DNA of 64,000 nucleotides. Source: Callorhinchus milii. Lineage: Eukaryota. The position numbers were made by a program, and so were the translations under genes. The stretch's first letter is position 1. The number at the start of each line of letters is the position of its first letter. The notes under the pieces were generated by a model. It did no database searches. It was not told where the DNA came from and saw nothing but the letters and a program-made list of their open reading frames with translations. Positions 10,932-23,365 of the stretch are shown piece by piece. The DNA is taken from the NCBI RefSeq assembly GCF_018977255.1, contig NW_024704743.1, forward strand, positions 91,762,001-91,826,000. Reading direction: 5' to 3'.

Positions 10932-11350
10932 TACCAGCTTAGCTCAGTTGGTAGCACTCTCCCTTCTGAGTCAAAGGTTGTGTGTTCAAGCCCCAGATCA
11001 GAATTTTGAGCTTGTAGTCTAAGCTGACACTTCAGAACAACGCCGGGGGAAGAGCTGCATTCTTGGTAGTGCTGTCCTTTGAATCAAATATTAAACTGCA
11101 GTTCCATCTGTCTCTGTTCAGGTGGATGTTAAAGATCCCATAGCACTATTTTAAAGAGGAAGGTGTTTGTCCTCATCAACAGTCCCCAATATAAAATTGA
11201 TCATTCACTTCATAGGTGTTTGTGGGACATTGTTACGTGCAAATTGATTGTCATGTTTGCTTACAAAAAATACAGTAAATCTTGTGAAGTCCTTTGGGAT
11301 GTTCAATGATGTAATAAGGTCATGAAGTTATGTCAAATGCAAGTTTTTAA
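10932..11350 (+). mobile_element. Near full-length Deu-domain SINE (tRNA head + Deu core + L2-like tail; SacSINE/AmnSINE superfamily)
   Basis: A box tagctcagttggtagc, B box gttcaagcc, core ttcaggtggatgttaaagatcccatagcactatt, tail ...tcaaatgcaag. Confidence 0.85.
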
Positions 11351-12484
11351 TATTATCATGACCTGATTAAAAAAACAAAGTGAATTGAAAACATTTTTTA
11401 AAAATGCTTAGATTTCATTTATTTTCAGCTAGGATACATCAGGGTGACAAGATGGTCTGAAGAGAGAGGTTGCTAATGATATAAAAATATATAATGATAT
11501 CTCTGCAGCAATCAATGGCAGCTTTCAGTAAGTAAAGAATGTTCACTTTGAAACTTAGCTTTCGCTGTACTGATGAAATGACACATTGTAGATGAATTGA
11601 TTATAGGAACTTCATATTGGAGGGGTGCTCTGTATATTAAACAGTGGCTGAGTTAGACTTTCACGTAGGCAGTCTTCACCACAGGGATCAAAGACATTCT
11701 GTCTTTGATGAATGTTTAAAGTTAGAAAGCCACATTACTGAAGTTGAATTTCTTTGCTATGTCTGCCTGGTGTGTGATGATATGACCTTTATGTTTATGA
11801 ATTCTAAATCACTGCTAGTGTTGCCCAATGTGGTTGATATCATTATAGTAAATGCTACCAAACTATATGAATCATACAAGAAACCTACATAGCATTGTTT
11901 TATCTGTAGGGAAACTATTCCTTTCAAAAGAGCACAATTTGTACTCGAAAGCAAAGAGTTAACCACAAATTAAGGTAATACTTTTTGTATGATTTTCAAT
12001 TTGAGTCGGAAGAATTTCCTTTGCTGAAGCTGTGTGCAGCACTGATACATTTTCCTTCTGTACGTTCTATCTCTCTTCAAATGGGGTTTCCATTGCATCA
12101 GGAATATTGAAATAGGATCCATAATAGATTTATACGATCATCTAGATGGAACTATTAAGATTCCTTATACATACTATAGCCAATGCAAATCTGTGGAGTT
12201 TATAATTTTATGTGCTTATCAACTTCAAACTTTTATGTTTTCCTGTGACACATGTGGAAACCCATCCAAACCAAACTGAGAGTTTATGTATGACACCTAT
12301 ACCTGGGGAAGTTTTGCCCTTTTCGTGTCAATCCTTTAAAGGAACATTGATTACAGTATTTCTTAACAGGATTTCTTAGTAAAGAATCTCAAGCGTGTAA
12401 ATGGATTCTCCTTCCAGTAATCAGTAGCATCTCATGCCAATATATGGGAACAACAAGTCAACATGATGTACTTCTGGAGCAAGT

Positions 12485-13052
12485 TACCCTTTGTCCATGT
12501 CACTTCCCGGATGAACTATTCCAATGCTCTCCTCACAGGTCTCCCCAGCTCCACTTTAAACAAAATTCAATTAATTGAGAATCCACTGCCCGAATACTCA
12601 CCTGCACAAAATTCTATACCCCCATCAAACCAGTCCTTGCCAGGCACCACCGGCTCCCAATTACTGAATGGATTGATTTCAAGATCCTCTCACTCATTTT
12701 CAATTCCCGTCATGTCCTCGCACCTCCCTATCCAACCTGCTTCCCCTCCCCCCCACTCCACCACCCACTGCCTCCGCTTGGCTGTCTCTGGCCTCCTGTT
12801 TGGCCCTCGCCCCCTCCACTCCACCATCGGCGGCCAAGCCTTCAGCCAATATGCCCCCACAACTCTGGAACTCTTGCCATCACCTTGTCTCCTCCCTGAC
12901 CACTTCCAAATCATGTCTACAGGCCTACATTTTTGATTGTGCTAAGGTCACTCACCCATCCCTCTCCCCCGGCTTAGGATCATACTCCACCACTGTCAAG
13001 TGCTCTAAGATGTTATCCCGGGTGAAGGGCACTATATGCAAGTTGTTGTTCT
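12485..13052 (+). mobile_element. Decayed L2 LINE 3' fragment
   Basis: TSRMNYSNALLTGLP...KIQLIEN (cf. SRLDYCNSLLxGLP) and TIGGQAFS; tail gtgaagggcactatatgcaagttgttgtt. Confidence 0.85.
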
Positions 13053-13284
13053 TGTACTTGTCAAGGAAGTGCAGTGATTGTTTCTGGTAGGCAAAAGCAG
13101 TAGCCATTTTGCACATAGCAAGTTGTTACAAAAAGCCATGAAGTCAATAATCACTTCATCTGGAACATAGTTTGTGTTTGCCAGCATGGATATGATAGGC
13201 TGAATGGGCTTCTTCTGTACTTTGAATTTTCCTTTGATTCTTAGTCAGTGTACAATGAGAAACTCCCTTCTCTTAAAAATAAAA

Positions 13285-13880
13285 AAAATCCTTCCATTTG
13301 ATATAGAGCCTTTCACATCAAGAGGATATCTCAAAGAGCATCACAGAACTTATTGTAAAATCTAGTGATTGTATTTTTCAGGCAAACTCAACAGTCGATT
13401 TTTCACAGAGGAATGTCCCACAAACAGCTATGAGGTAAACAACAATTTTATCTCAGAGCCTATTTGGCTGGGACACTGCGAGATAGTGCCATGGGATCTT
13501 TAACATCCACCTAGACAGGCAGATGGGACCTAAGTTTAACGTCTCCTCCAGCACTTTATTGGAGTTCCAAACTGGGCTATGTGAGTTCAAAGTTCTGATG
13601 AGGGTCTTAGAACCCACAACCTTCTGATTAAGAGGCGAGATTGCTACCAACTAAGCCAGGTTGACACGTTCTTTCCAAATGATGCAATTGAATCTTTGAT
13701 GGACCACTGAAGAACAGACAGATGGGATCTCAGTTCAACATCTCACCTGACAGGTGGCACCTCTGACAATGCAGTACCCCAGTTTTGCACTGATGTGTTA
13801 GCCTAGACAGAGTTCAAGTCTCAGTGCAGGAAATAAACCCACAACTTCCTAATCTACAGTGCTACCAACCTGACACATAA
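13285..13880 (-). mobile_element. Two adjacent Deu-domain SINE copies
   Basis: atagtgccatgggatctttaacatccacct (reverse-complement core), head ...cccacaaccttctgattaagaggcgag; second core at 13680-13800. Confidence 0.8.
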
Positions 13881-14199
13881 GAAAGGATCACTGAGCAAGG
13901 CACAAGACACTTTGAATATAGACAAGATAAGTATGGCGTTATCTTTGGACAGTTGAGTGTAAAGAGACAGGTATTTAGGGATTATGATTTACATTTAATA
14001 TCAAGCAATTAATGCCAAATACTTTAGTTTCTAATTCTTAATTCACCAGAAGCAGTAAATGAAGTCATCCAGTAGATGGTAGTCAAAATTATTCACATCT
14101 ATCTTTTCATGAAATGGAAATGTGACAGCTGACCTATGCAAATGATGTGGTTTATAATAGTAAAGGGAAGAAAATGACAACTAAATGAAAGTCACAAAG

Positions 14200-14900
14200 C
14201 AGAGAGAGCACATTTCACTGAGACTGAATTGTTTAATTTCATAAAAGCCCAGGATGGAGGATATGAAAGGCCCAGGATAGTTTCAGCAACAATAAAAGCA
14301 GAGTGGGCAGGGGTGTGAAGCAACCCCAAATTTATCAAGCTGAAGGGGAAAACAGAAGAGTGAGGTTGGAATAGATCACACACATAGGAAGGTTGTGAAG
14401 GGATTTGCTGGTGAGGTTCTTGAAATCCATCTATTGGGAGATGGGGTGTCTGTACAGCCTTTATGGTGAGGTTTCAGGATGTGGGTAGCATTTTTTTTTT
14501 ACGAAAAAGTCAAGTCTGCAGGTGTTAAAGGGGTAAATTGTGAATTTTGCAGCATTTCATGCGAGATAGAATTGGAGGTAGGCTGGGGAGGTTCAGGAAT
14601 TCAGAAGTGGAAGCCAGAAGACATTTGCGGGATCTCAGGAGAATGGCTTCTGTCTTGTCCATGCTTAACCAGACCTTATGGATTCAAGGGTAGAAATAGA
14701 GGTAGATTTGGGTGGCATCTTTGTACGTGTGAAAACTAATGCCATGTTTCAGAACATGCAGATGAGGACAAGGAGGGAACCAAGAATAAAACCTGCAGGT
14801 TACACCACAGGTAACTGCGTGAGAGTAAGAGAAGCCATTGGAGAAGATAAAGTGAAGGCAATGGGGTCAAGTAGGATTGGAACCAGGAGAGTACGGTTCT
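14200..14900 (-). mobile_element. Very old L2-like RT remnant
   Basis: The minus strand shows an NLGLL motif (cf. RNLGVxFD) and L2-like C-rich composition; highly degenerate. Confidence 0.35.
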
Positions 14901-15012
14901 TTTCACACTTGTTTTAGGGCACCTTTTCCCCATCCTTCTTTCCTCAGCTCTCCCCTCTCCCAGCTCAGACTCCTAATCGGCTGTGTGAAGCTGAGGGGCT
15001 TTGAGATGAGCT

Positions 15013-15190
15013 CCCGTGATTAGATTACATTCTTGTAACTCTCTTCCACCCACCTACTACTCTGTGTGTAATGAACACTAACTGGAGAAGTCTAAACGCC
15101 CGGTTGACTGCCTATCGATTACAAATACAATAAATACCAGGAGCAAACAGGAAAGAATTTTCCTGAGTGCAAAGTAAGGAAATAGGATTA
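15013..15190 (+). repeat. Local direct repeat, copy 1 (~180 bp)
   Basis: cccgtgattagattacattcttgtaactctc...aatgaacactaactggagaag... recurs at 16406-16590. Confidence 0.9.
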
Positions 15191-16405
15191 GAAAAGAAAG
15201 CAAGAACTTGGATTTGTAAAACTCCTTGCCACACTGAAACATCTAAAAATCAGGTAATTGTTGTCAAGTGTTCGTAAGCATGTAGCAACATAGAGCTGTT
15301 TAACAGACATATTTGTTCACAAAATTGCTACAATTACAAATCCCTCGGGGTCCAATCACTACTATCCCACAGGTGTACAAAGTAAGACTGAAAAGTTCTG
15401 TACTGCCTGAGCCACATGCAGAGCTTAAACCTCTTTAATGTTGTTTTTTGGTGCATCTTATAATGTATTATTTACATATCTATTTTCTATCAGAAATTAA
15501 TGTATAAAAATATTAAACGGGCAACCTTAAATCTGTCTGTGTTAATACCTGCCCCGACCGTGATTTATAGAGCCGAGGGGATAAGGAATTTCAGATTTCT
15601 TAATAGGGCAAATTAACTTAAGTGGCTTGGATTCAACCTCAATTAAACGGCTAAATTGGTGTTCTTCGTTTAGTAGAAATATTTGAAACCTGTAAACGAA
15701 ACTGTGGCATTACAGCACTGCTGCTGGAGGTGTACCTGCTGCCTCGTGCACACTTTTACTTGTCAGTACCTGAGCAGTAAAGGGAAAGATAATCTGAGTA
15801 AACACCATTTCTTAATTCTCCAATACTGCAATAACTAAATACACTAACTGGTTTTATTCTAAAATAACCTCCTATATTCTTACTCTTTAGTTGCAAAAAA
15901 GAATCTGTATCTGTGCAACCAGCTAAGGGATTATAGCTTCGTTGCTGTCACTTCGAAGCAAAGATCCTTCTTATCTCTTCCAATGTTACAGCTTTCAACA
16001 TAAAAGTAGTTGAGAATGTGGCTGTTCCCAATGGTGGAAATGATGAAGAGATATGCAGAATTCTGACAACTCTGCAAGAATCATTTACTTTCCAACTTGG
16101 GCCATGATGTCAAGGTTCTACTGAAGCACTTAGTACCTATTGGGTAGAAAATAGATTTCAGAGAAGTGGATGGCAGGATTCTGCCTGCTGTATAAAGCGT
16201 ACAAAGTAACCCACTGGAAATACCTACCAGCTAGAAGGTCACAAGTAATCAGAGCAATTCATCTGCCGCAAGCACCTCAATCTTTTAAAGTCAGTAAAAG
16301 TGTGTAAGATATAAAATAGTACGTATGTAGGAGGAGGGAAATGAAGACTACAATTCAGCATTGGGAATATGATGGTCTTGAAGACTTCTCTAACATCATC
16401 TGAAA

Positions 16406-16590
16406 CCCGTGATTAGATTACATTCTTGTAACTCTCTCCCTGACACCTATTATTCTATATGTAATGAATGAACACTAACTGGAGAAGCCTAAATGCCTGG
16501 TTGGCTGCCTATTGATTATAGATACGATAAAGGCCAGCAGCAGGGAAGAAGAAATTTTTCTGAATGCAAAACAAAGGAAATAAAAATTAT
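16406..16590 (+). repeat. Local direct repeat, copy 2
   Basis: Colinear with 15013-15190; the first 31 nt are identical. Confidence 0.9.
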
Positions 16591-16699
16591 ACACATGGCG
16601 CATAACCATTGACAGGTTGGGTTGAATGGCTTGTTTCTGGCTATAACAGTCTATATCATTCTATGTAATTCTTCCTCCTGGTGCATGGTAATTGTCAAG

Positions 16700-17212
16700 A
16701 TTACGATAGATAATTATTTGGGTAGGACAAGTTTGCAGGCCTAAGGGGAAAGAGCGGGGCAGTGGGATTGAATTGGATACAACAAAAACAACAACTTTGA
16801 TTTATATAGCGTCCTCCGCGCCGGACGGCGTCTCGGAGCGCTTTACAGTAACTGATCCTGGCGCCGAGCCAGGGGGAGGGGGAGGAATGTGACCAAAGGC
16901 GCGGTCAAAAAGAAAGCTCTTCAGCAGAAATCTGAAAATAGGAAGGGAGGGAATGAGGCAAAGGGAGTGAGGAAGGGAGTTCCAGAGCCTCGGGCGTAGT
17001 GGCTGAAGGCACGGCTGCCGAGGGTGGAGCGGAGGACTCGGGGGATGAAGAGGAGGCCAGACCCGGAGGAACGAAGGCATCGGGTACTGTTCTGAGGAAA
17101 GAGTGCAGAGGAGTGCAGGGGCTTGAATACAAAATAGCTCATTTCAAAGAGCCAGCACAGACACGATGGGCCAAATGGCCTCCTTGTGTGCTGTATAATT
17201 AATTCTATGATA
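16700..17212 (+). mobile_element. CR1 3' tail split by an antisense L2 insertion
   Basis: tttgcaggcctaaggggaaagagcggggcagtgggattg | insertion | gctcatttcaaagagccagcacagacacgatgggccaaatggcctcc; compare the contiguous tail at 19815-19930 (minus strand). Confidence 0.75.
16783..17126 (-). mobile_element. L2 3' fragment (GC-rich variant) with (TTG)n-like tail
   Basis: LRSSGSGLLFIPR...TLGSRAFS; flanked by atacaa direct repeats (~16777 and ~17128). Confidence 0.85.
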
Positions 17213-17419
17213 TGTACTGCAAGGTTACCTGGGTTCAGATTGACAGCAGAGTCTAAAATGTGATCTTCTTGTTCTGTGGGTCCGGGCGGACTGGATGGGC
17301 CGAACGGCCTCCTTTTGCACAGTAGATTTCTATGTTTCATAAAAAAGTCCACAGTTATTATATGAAAGCAAATGATTCTAAAGACAATGTAATTATTACA
17401 CACACAATAAGCTCAATTA

Positions 17420-17602
17420 CATAGGAACATAGAAACATTGGAAAAGGAGGAGGCCATTCAGCCCTTTGAGCTTGTTACGCCATTTAATTAGATCATGACT
17501 GATCTGTACCTCAACTAATCCTTTCAATTCCAATTTCCCGCTTTCTCCCCATATCCCTTAATACCCTGAGCTACCAAAAATCTACCAAACTCACTCTTGA
17601 GG
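17420..17602 (-). mobile_element. CR1 (HER1-like) 3' tail
   Basis: acataggaacatagaaac...gaggccattcagccctttgagc...tagatcatgactgatct is the reverse complement of 8500-8610. Confidence 0.8.
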
Positions 17603-17664
17603 TTGTGGATCAATTGTTTCTTCAACAACAATGGTGGTTAAATATAGTCTAAGATGCCACTCCA

Positions 17665-18085
17665 AAACAGTGCTGTGGGTGTACTGCAATTTTGGAGATG
17701 CCGTCAATCAGATGGGATGTTAAACCGAGGTCCTGTCTACTGCATTCTGAGACACTACCCCATGTGAAGGGTGCTATAGGGTGCTTGTTGTTGTTATTGT
17801 TGGTGCTATAAAAATGCAAGTTTTTATTGCTGTTCAGGTGGATATTTAAGATCCTGCTGCACTATTCGACAAAAGAAGGGAATTTCTCCTGGTGTCCTGG
17901 CTGACAATCCCCAAATAAAATTGGTCATTCACTTCATGCCTGTTTTGGTATATTTCGGTGTACAAACTGGCTGCGGCATTCGTAGTCATACACAGTCATT
18001 AGACTTCACAGTGTATTCCATTAAGTACTTTGAGACATCCACCTGAGGTGAAAAATGTTCTATTAAATGCAAGGATTATTTTGAT
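17665..18085 (+). mobile_element. Deu-domain SINE with an internal L2-tail insert (~17745-17800)
   Basis: Core ttaaaccgaggtcctgtct...ttcaggtggatatttaagatcc; tail aaatgcaaggattatt. Confidence 0.75.
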
Positions 18086-19204
18086 CATTATTACTTTCAG
18101 GAAGTCTGTCTGCTCTTGGAAACAACCCACAGCTAAAATAAAATGAATTGACCTTTTTAAAAATGTCACTGATAACTTATTCTCAACTGGAAACAAGACT
18201 CACTCAGATGCTGATGTTAATGTTGCAACAACAAAAGGTCTCAGCTGTGTGATTCTTTGAGTGGAAACCTCATTAAAATTAAAATCCGATACAAGCAGTC
18301 CAAAAATGGAAGTAGGATTTTATTTGGGGTGGGGGGAGGAGAGATAGTATAGTACTCCTTTTTTGCCTGTAAAAGTATGCTTTTGAGTTGTACTAAATGT
18401 GCTGAGAGGTTATCGTGACTAAATCCCAGGGGCTGAATATCTACATTAACCTGTACATTCTCACTCTTTACTAAATTAGTTAGGGGCAGTGCTTGTTAGG
18501 ATGTCTAAAAACCTGCGCACCTAAGCATTTTCTGATTTTTCTTTCACAAGTAGTTAAAGATCGAATTGCCTGACATATCAGAATCTACATTAACTCCTCC
18601 AGGACCTAGAATTAGTGCAGAGTTGAAAAGATTTATTAAATTGACTGTTCTGCTGACTGCTGCTACTGGATACGTCTGGTACACAGACAAGGGTGAGGTT
18701 TGATTTCACACTGTTTTCCTACCACTATTTAGAAGAATAGGAAAGAGAGCAAGCCAGCAGTGTGTTGAGAAATGGGATGCTAATTTCTAGATAATTGCAT
18801 ACTGCATTGGGCAAACTTCATGTTTTTTCTATCACCTAGTCACTTTGGAGGTGAAATTTTACTCATTAATTTTAAATTATTAATTTTAAATGAAGCAACT
18901 TTGTTAATCTGGTTTAATTTACAGTATTGCTTAACAAGATTTATTAATAAGGAAAGCCATTACAATTCCTGTTGCCCCACATAATCTCCTCTGAGTAGTT
19001 TACATTAGAGTGGAGTTTCCAAGATTTGCTTCTGCTTACTGAAGCTACCCCGGTACAAGTGACTCAGATTCCTTCTTTATGCATTATCCCCAATGTGCAA
19101 TTCTAACCAGAAAATGTAATTGCAAATGCACATAATCAAAGTCACTACACTTGGAAACAAGACGACTATTTCCTCTTAGGTTTCCCTTCATTCACAAACT
19201 GGGT

Positions 19205-19530
19205 TGATATTCCGATGCAGTGCTGGGAACGTGCTGCATTTTCAGGAGGTGCCATCCTTCATATGAAACTAAAACTAAACTAAAATCCAGTCCGTCTGGT
19301 CAGGTGGATGTTCAAAATCTAATGGCACAATTTGTGAAGAGAAGGGAGTTTCTCCCGATGTCTTGGCTACCAATCCCCCAACTAAAATTGCCCAATTATA
19401 TCATGGCTGTTTGCGTGCCGTGCACAAAGGCATGTGCACCTACAAAATACACTGTAAAGTACACTTTAAAGCACATAAAATGTTTTGAGACATCCTTCCG
19501 AAATGAAAAGTGCTATATCAAACACAGGAA
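19205..19530 (+). mobile_element. Deu-domain SINE (head degraded)
   Basis: gtgctgcattttcaggaggtgcc...caggtggatgttcaaaatct...gaaaagtgctatatcaaac. Confidence 0.75.
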
Positions 19531-19539
19531 TTGTGAATA

Positions 19540-19683
19540 AAACACAAAATAGTGCAGATGCTAGAAATCTGAAACAAAAAAGGTTCTGACGATAGGTCGT
19601 GGATCCGAAACGTTAACTCACTTTCCTTTCTCCATAGATGCTGCCTGACCTGCTGAGTGTTACCAATGACTTCTGTGTTTGTT
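19540..19683 (+). mobile_element. Short Penelope-like element with hammerhead ribozyme core, internal inversion and 16-bp TSD
   Basis: TSD acaggaatt(g/a)tgaata at 19524-19539 and 19684-19699. Core CTGACGA (19586-19592)...GAAACGTT (19607-19614). Homologous to 32115-32210 and 54720-54862. Confidence 0.75.
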
Positions 19684-19806
19684 ACAGGAATTATGAATAG
19701 TGTTGAGTTCTTTTCTAATGCAAATAACATAACTTTTCAGATTTCTTAAACAGCATTCCAGTGCTATCCATACTGAACCAATAACTGCAGTGATGGAAAT
19801 TTTATT

Positions 19807-20945
19807 CATAGAAGCAATCATAGAATCGTACAGTACAAAAAGAGGCCATTCGGCTCATCTAGTTTGTGCCGGCTCTTTGAAAAGAGCAATGTAATGTCAA
19901 TCCCACTCCCCAGCCCTTTACCCGTAACCCTGCAAACCCGTCCTCCTCAAATACCCGTCCACCGCGTTTTTAAAAGTAGTTATCAAATCGGTCTCGACCA
20001 CCCTTTCAGGCAATGCGCTCCAGATTTGAACAACTCGCTGCGTGAAAAAATTTCTTCTCACCTCCCCTCTGCTCCTTTTAGATACTATTTTGAATCTGTG
20101 ACCTCGAGGCACCGACACACCCACCAGTGGAAACAGTTTTTCCCTTTCTAACCTATCAAATGCCCTCATGATTTTGAAGACCTCTATTAGGTCTCCTCGT
20201 AACCTTCTCTGCTCCAACGAGAATAATCCCAGCCTCTCTCGCCTTTCCTCATAATCAAGGTCCCTCATTCCTGGTACCATTCTTGTAAATCTCCTCTGCA
20301 CCCTTTCCAATGCCTTAACATCCTTCCTATAGTGTGGTGCCCAGAATTGGGAACAATATTCTAACTGAGGCCTAACCAGTATTTTATATAGGTTAATCAT
20401 AACCTCCTGACTCTTGTATCTATGCCCTTATTTATAAAGCCTAGTATCCCATATGCCCTTTTTACAGCTTTATCTACCTGTCCTGCCACCTTCAAGGATT
20501 CATTTACCTGAACCCCCAGGTCTCTGTTCTTTTACCCCCCTTAAGATTGTATTACCAGCCTATATTGCCTCCCCTCATTCTTTCTACCAAAATGCATTAC
20601 CTCGCATTTCTCCACATTGAAATTAATCTGCCATGTGTCTGCCCATTTTACCATTCTGTCGATGTCTTCCTGCAGTTGGCTGCTATCCTTCTCACTGTTT
20701 ACCACCCTACCTAACTTTGTGTCGTCCGCAAACTTGGAAATGGTACTTGCTATACCCAAGTCCAGATCATTTATGTATATTAAGAAGAGCAGTGGTCCTA
20801 ATACCGATCCCTGGGGGACGCCGCTGTACACTTCCTTCCAGTCAAAAAAGCAGTCGTTCACCACAACTCTCTGCTTTCTGTCTCCCAGCCAGTTCTGGAT
20901 CCATGCTGCCACTCTCCCTTTTATACCATGGGGTTCTATCTTTAG
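19807..20945 (-). mobile_element. Relatively young 5'-truncated CR1 LINE (RT C-terminus and 3'UTR)
   Basis: ORFs 20541-20912 ([22 protein letters not shown]...KFADDTKL) and 19918-20400 (LVRPQLEYCSQFWAP...RRLRGDLIEVFKI); tail ending in (ATTCTATG)-like repeats. Confidence 0.95.
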
Positions 20946-21250
20946 ATAGAATGTTCTAGCTTTTTAAATTAATACTTTCACACATTTGAATCAAATCACG
21001 TGTGCTTATAATGATAGACCTGCAATGCTATAATTTTCAGCAGACCTAGTTGTGATATGCTTGGAAGGAAACTTATACTTACACTAATACTGTAGCGCCT
21101 GCATTATATTCACAACTAAGAAACATCTGATTAACTAAAAGCCTAATTATTCCAACTGTATTTACTTGATAGCAAATGAAAATCAGCAGTTTGAACACTT
21201 AAATGAATTATGTCTCTTTTATGGATAGGATATTTGGATTTTTGTTTTTG

Positions 21251-21800
21251 TCAGTCAGGTGTCTGACATTTGCAGAAACCCATCATGCTCATGAGTTTTG
21301 AAACCAGACAGAGAATTCCCTGTATGCCACCTGGACATGGAAATTCCCATGTCTGGAGTGCAATGTGCACTCTTTCCCGGACAGGACACATCCTGCTTAC
21401 CGAATTCCAGTGAGTATTAACCCCAAGTTGGCGGGAGCCAAGGCTTGGTAACTCTAGAGTGTGCATTGCGGTACTGCTGGAGTCTAAGCAGCTAAAACTG
21501 CATAGGTTGTTATTGAAAGCACTCTAGGGCAAGCTTCCTGATGCTTTTCTAGCTAGGACCACCCTACCTGTTAGGACTTTGGCTTTCAGGGCTAACAGGA
21601 CCTAAGGGGAAATAATCCCCAGTGACCCATCTGCTCCTCAAAATCCTATGGGTGGGCCAGATGAGCTGGGCTGTCATCAGAAGTGTCCTGGAGTACTGCG
21701 TACCAGCCTGACTCAGGAATATGGGTCACCAAAGAGGATTGACTTAATTCTGACATTCAGTTGCCAGGCATGTCTTGTTGGAGTCAGTTCAGCTGCAAGG
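21251..21800 (+). repeat. Unclassified dispersed repeat, copy 1 (~550 bp)
   Basis: Colinear with 42519-43090: ggtgtctgaca, aaacccatcat, atgccacct, ctgctggagt.taa.cagctaaaactgcatag, caccctacctgtt, attgact.aatt.tgacattc. Confidence 0.85.
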
Positions 21801-22689
21801 AGAACCCCCACATGAGGAAAGTGGATATTTCGAAGCTCATTGAATATTAAATAAAGCTTCAAAAATCCATTGGGCAACACTGACTCTGGGGACTGCTTGG
21901 CAACAAAGGTCAAACAGACAATTGGATTGAATAAGTAAACAGGTCATATCAGAGGGTCAATGCAAGGATTATTTTTTATTAATATCTCTGCATTCTAAGA
22001 AACTGCCTACAGCTATGACTTTCAGCAGACGGCACAGAAATTTTGCAGTCATGCAATTATGCAAGTGGTGAGATGAAGTTGAGATTTTAACATACCAGTG
22101 AACCACCGTGAGATTTTTTTTGGGGCAGTGGGATGGGGTTGGTGGTAATCACTAGCTAAGTAGCACTAGAAAAGATGCTGTTAAAAATCAAGTGGATTTG
22201 CTACTGGGTTTTTTTTCCTGATGGAGATCTGACACATAGATGGGTCTTGAGAGATCCAGATTCGACAAAAACAGCTATTTTACAATATGATTGCTTTCAG
22301 AAATAATCCAACAGAGTAAATGCAGCATTGGTTTCAGTATTAGTACTATTTCATTGTTGTAATTTATCTCTATTTGAGAGAAACAGGAATTCAGGTTTTA
22401 TTGGCTTGTCCAGACTGATAGAGCAGTCAATCATTGATTCCTAGACCAATTAAGCCTTTAAACTACCAACAAACAATCTCCTATTGCCTTGAGATGTTGA
22501 TCTAGGGTGAAAGTCTTGGTAAAAATTATTCTACATCTGTATTATTCTTTATAATGCTATAACATGGAGCAAACAAGGGAACCTTGGCTTTCGTTTTCTG
22601 CAAAAAGGGAGCAAAAGGTTAAAATCTTCTAAAACCTAATTAATTAATTTATCCTGTGCAAAAATTCAGTCTCCATTGAATTTATAAGA

Positions 22690-23365
22690 AAGATTTGGAT
22701 GAAGAAGACTATTTGGCCCATTTTGTCTCATTATTTAAAAATACCTATCAACCCTCTTCTTGTTACAGGATCAAGCTGTCCCTTAAATACTTCCAGCCTC
22801 AACTACGCTTCCTGGTACCCTGTGTTAGTCATTAATTATCTTTGGGTAAAGAAATACTTCCTGGGGTTTGTCTGGAAATTACTCTTCACAATGTCTTGCT
22901 CATTTTGATGTTTTTAAAAAGTGTAGGGATTAGCTTCTGAATTCCATTTTATACTTCTATAAGCTCTCATCTGATGAGTCTTTTTTCCAGGCTAAAGAGC
23001 CTGGCTTAACTAAATGTTCCTCATAGCTCACCTCTCTAATATGGAACTATCCTCACTGATTTCCTCTGCACTGCCTCTAGGACCTGGGTTGTATCCTTAT
23101 CACGAAGCGAACTTTATGCAGTACTCCAGATGCTCTATGATCGATAACATGAGCATGACTTCTCGCACCTGGTTTGAGGAACTTTCTTTACATAGAGGGT
23201 AATCAACAATTGGTACAGGGTTGCCAGAAGAGGCCAGGGCACCGGACTCATTAAAAAAAAAGCAGCTTGATGTATTGATGGGGAGATGATAGGGTGGGTC
23301 TTTGGATGGGATGAGATCGGATGGACCAAAGAGCCTTTTTCATCCAGACCAATTTTATGATCTTG
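22690..23365. mobile_element. Old CR1 3' remnants: minus strand ~22690-23160, plus strand ~23170-23365
   Basis: gcagtactccag (reverse complement of LEYC), tttccaggctaaagag, and plus-strand ttcttacatagagggt...gatggaccaaagagcctttt. Confidence 0.55.

Noticed and set aside
13594..13620. ctgatga followed by gggt...accc as a hammerhead
   Set aside because: No GAAA or NUH follows; it is the antisense of a SINE head.
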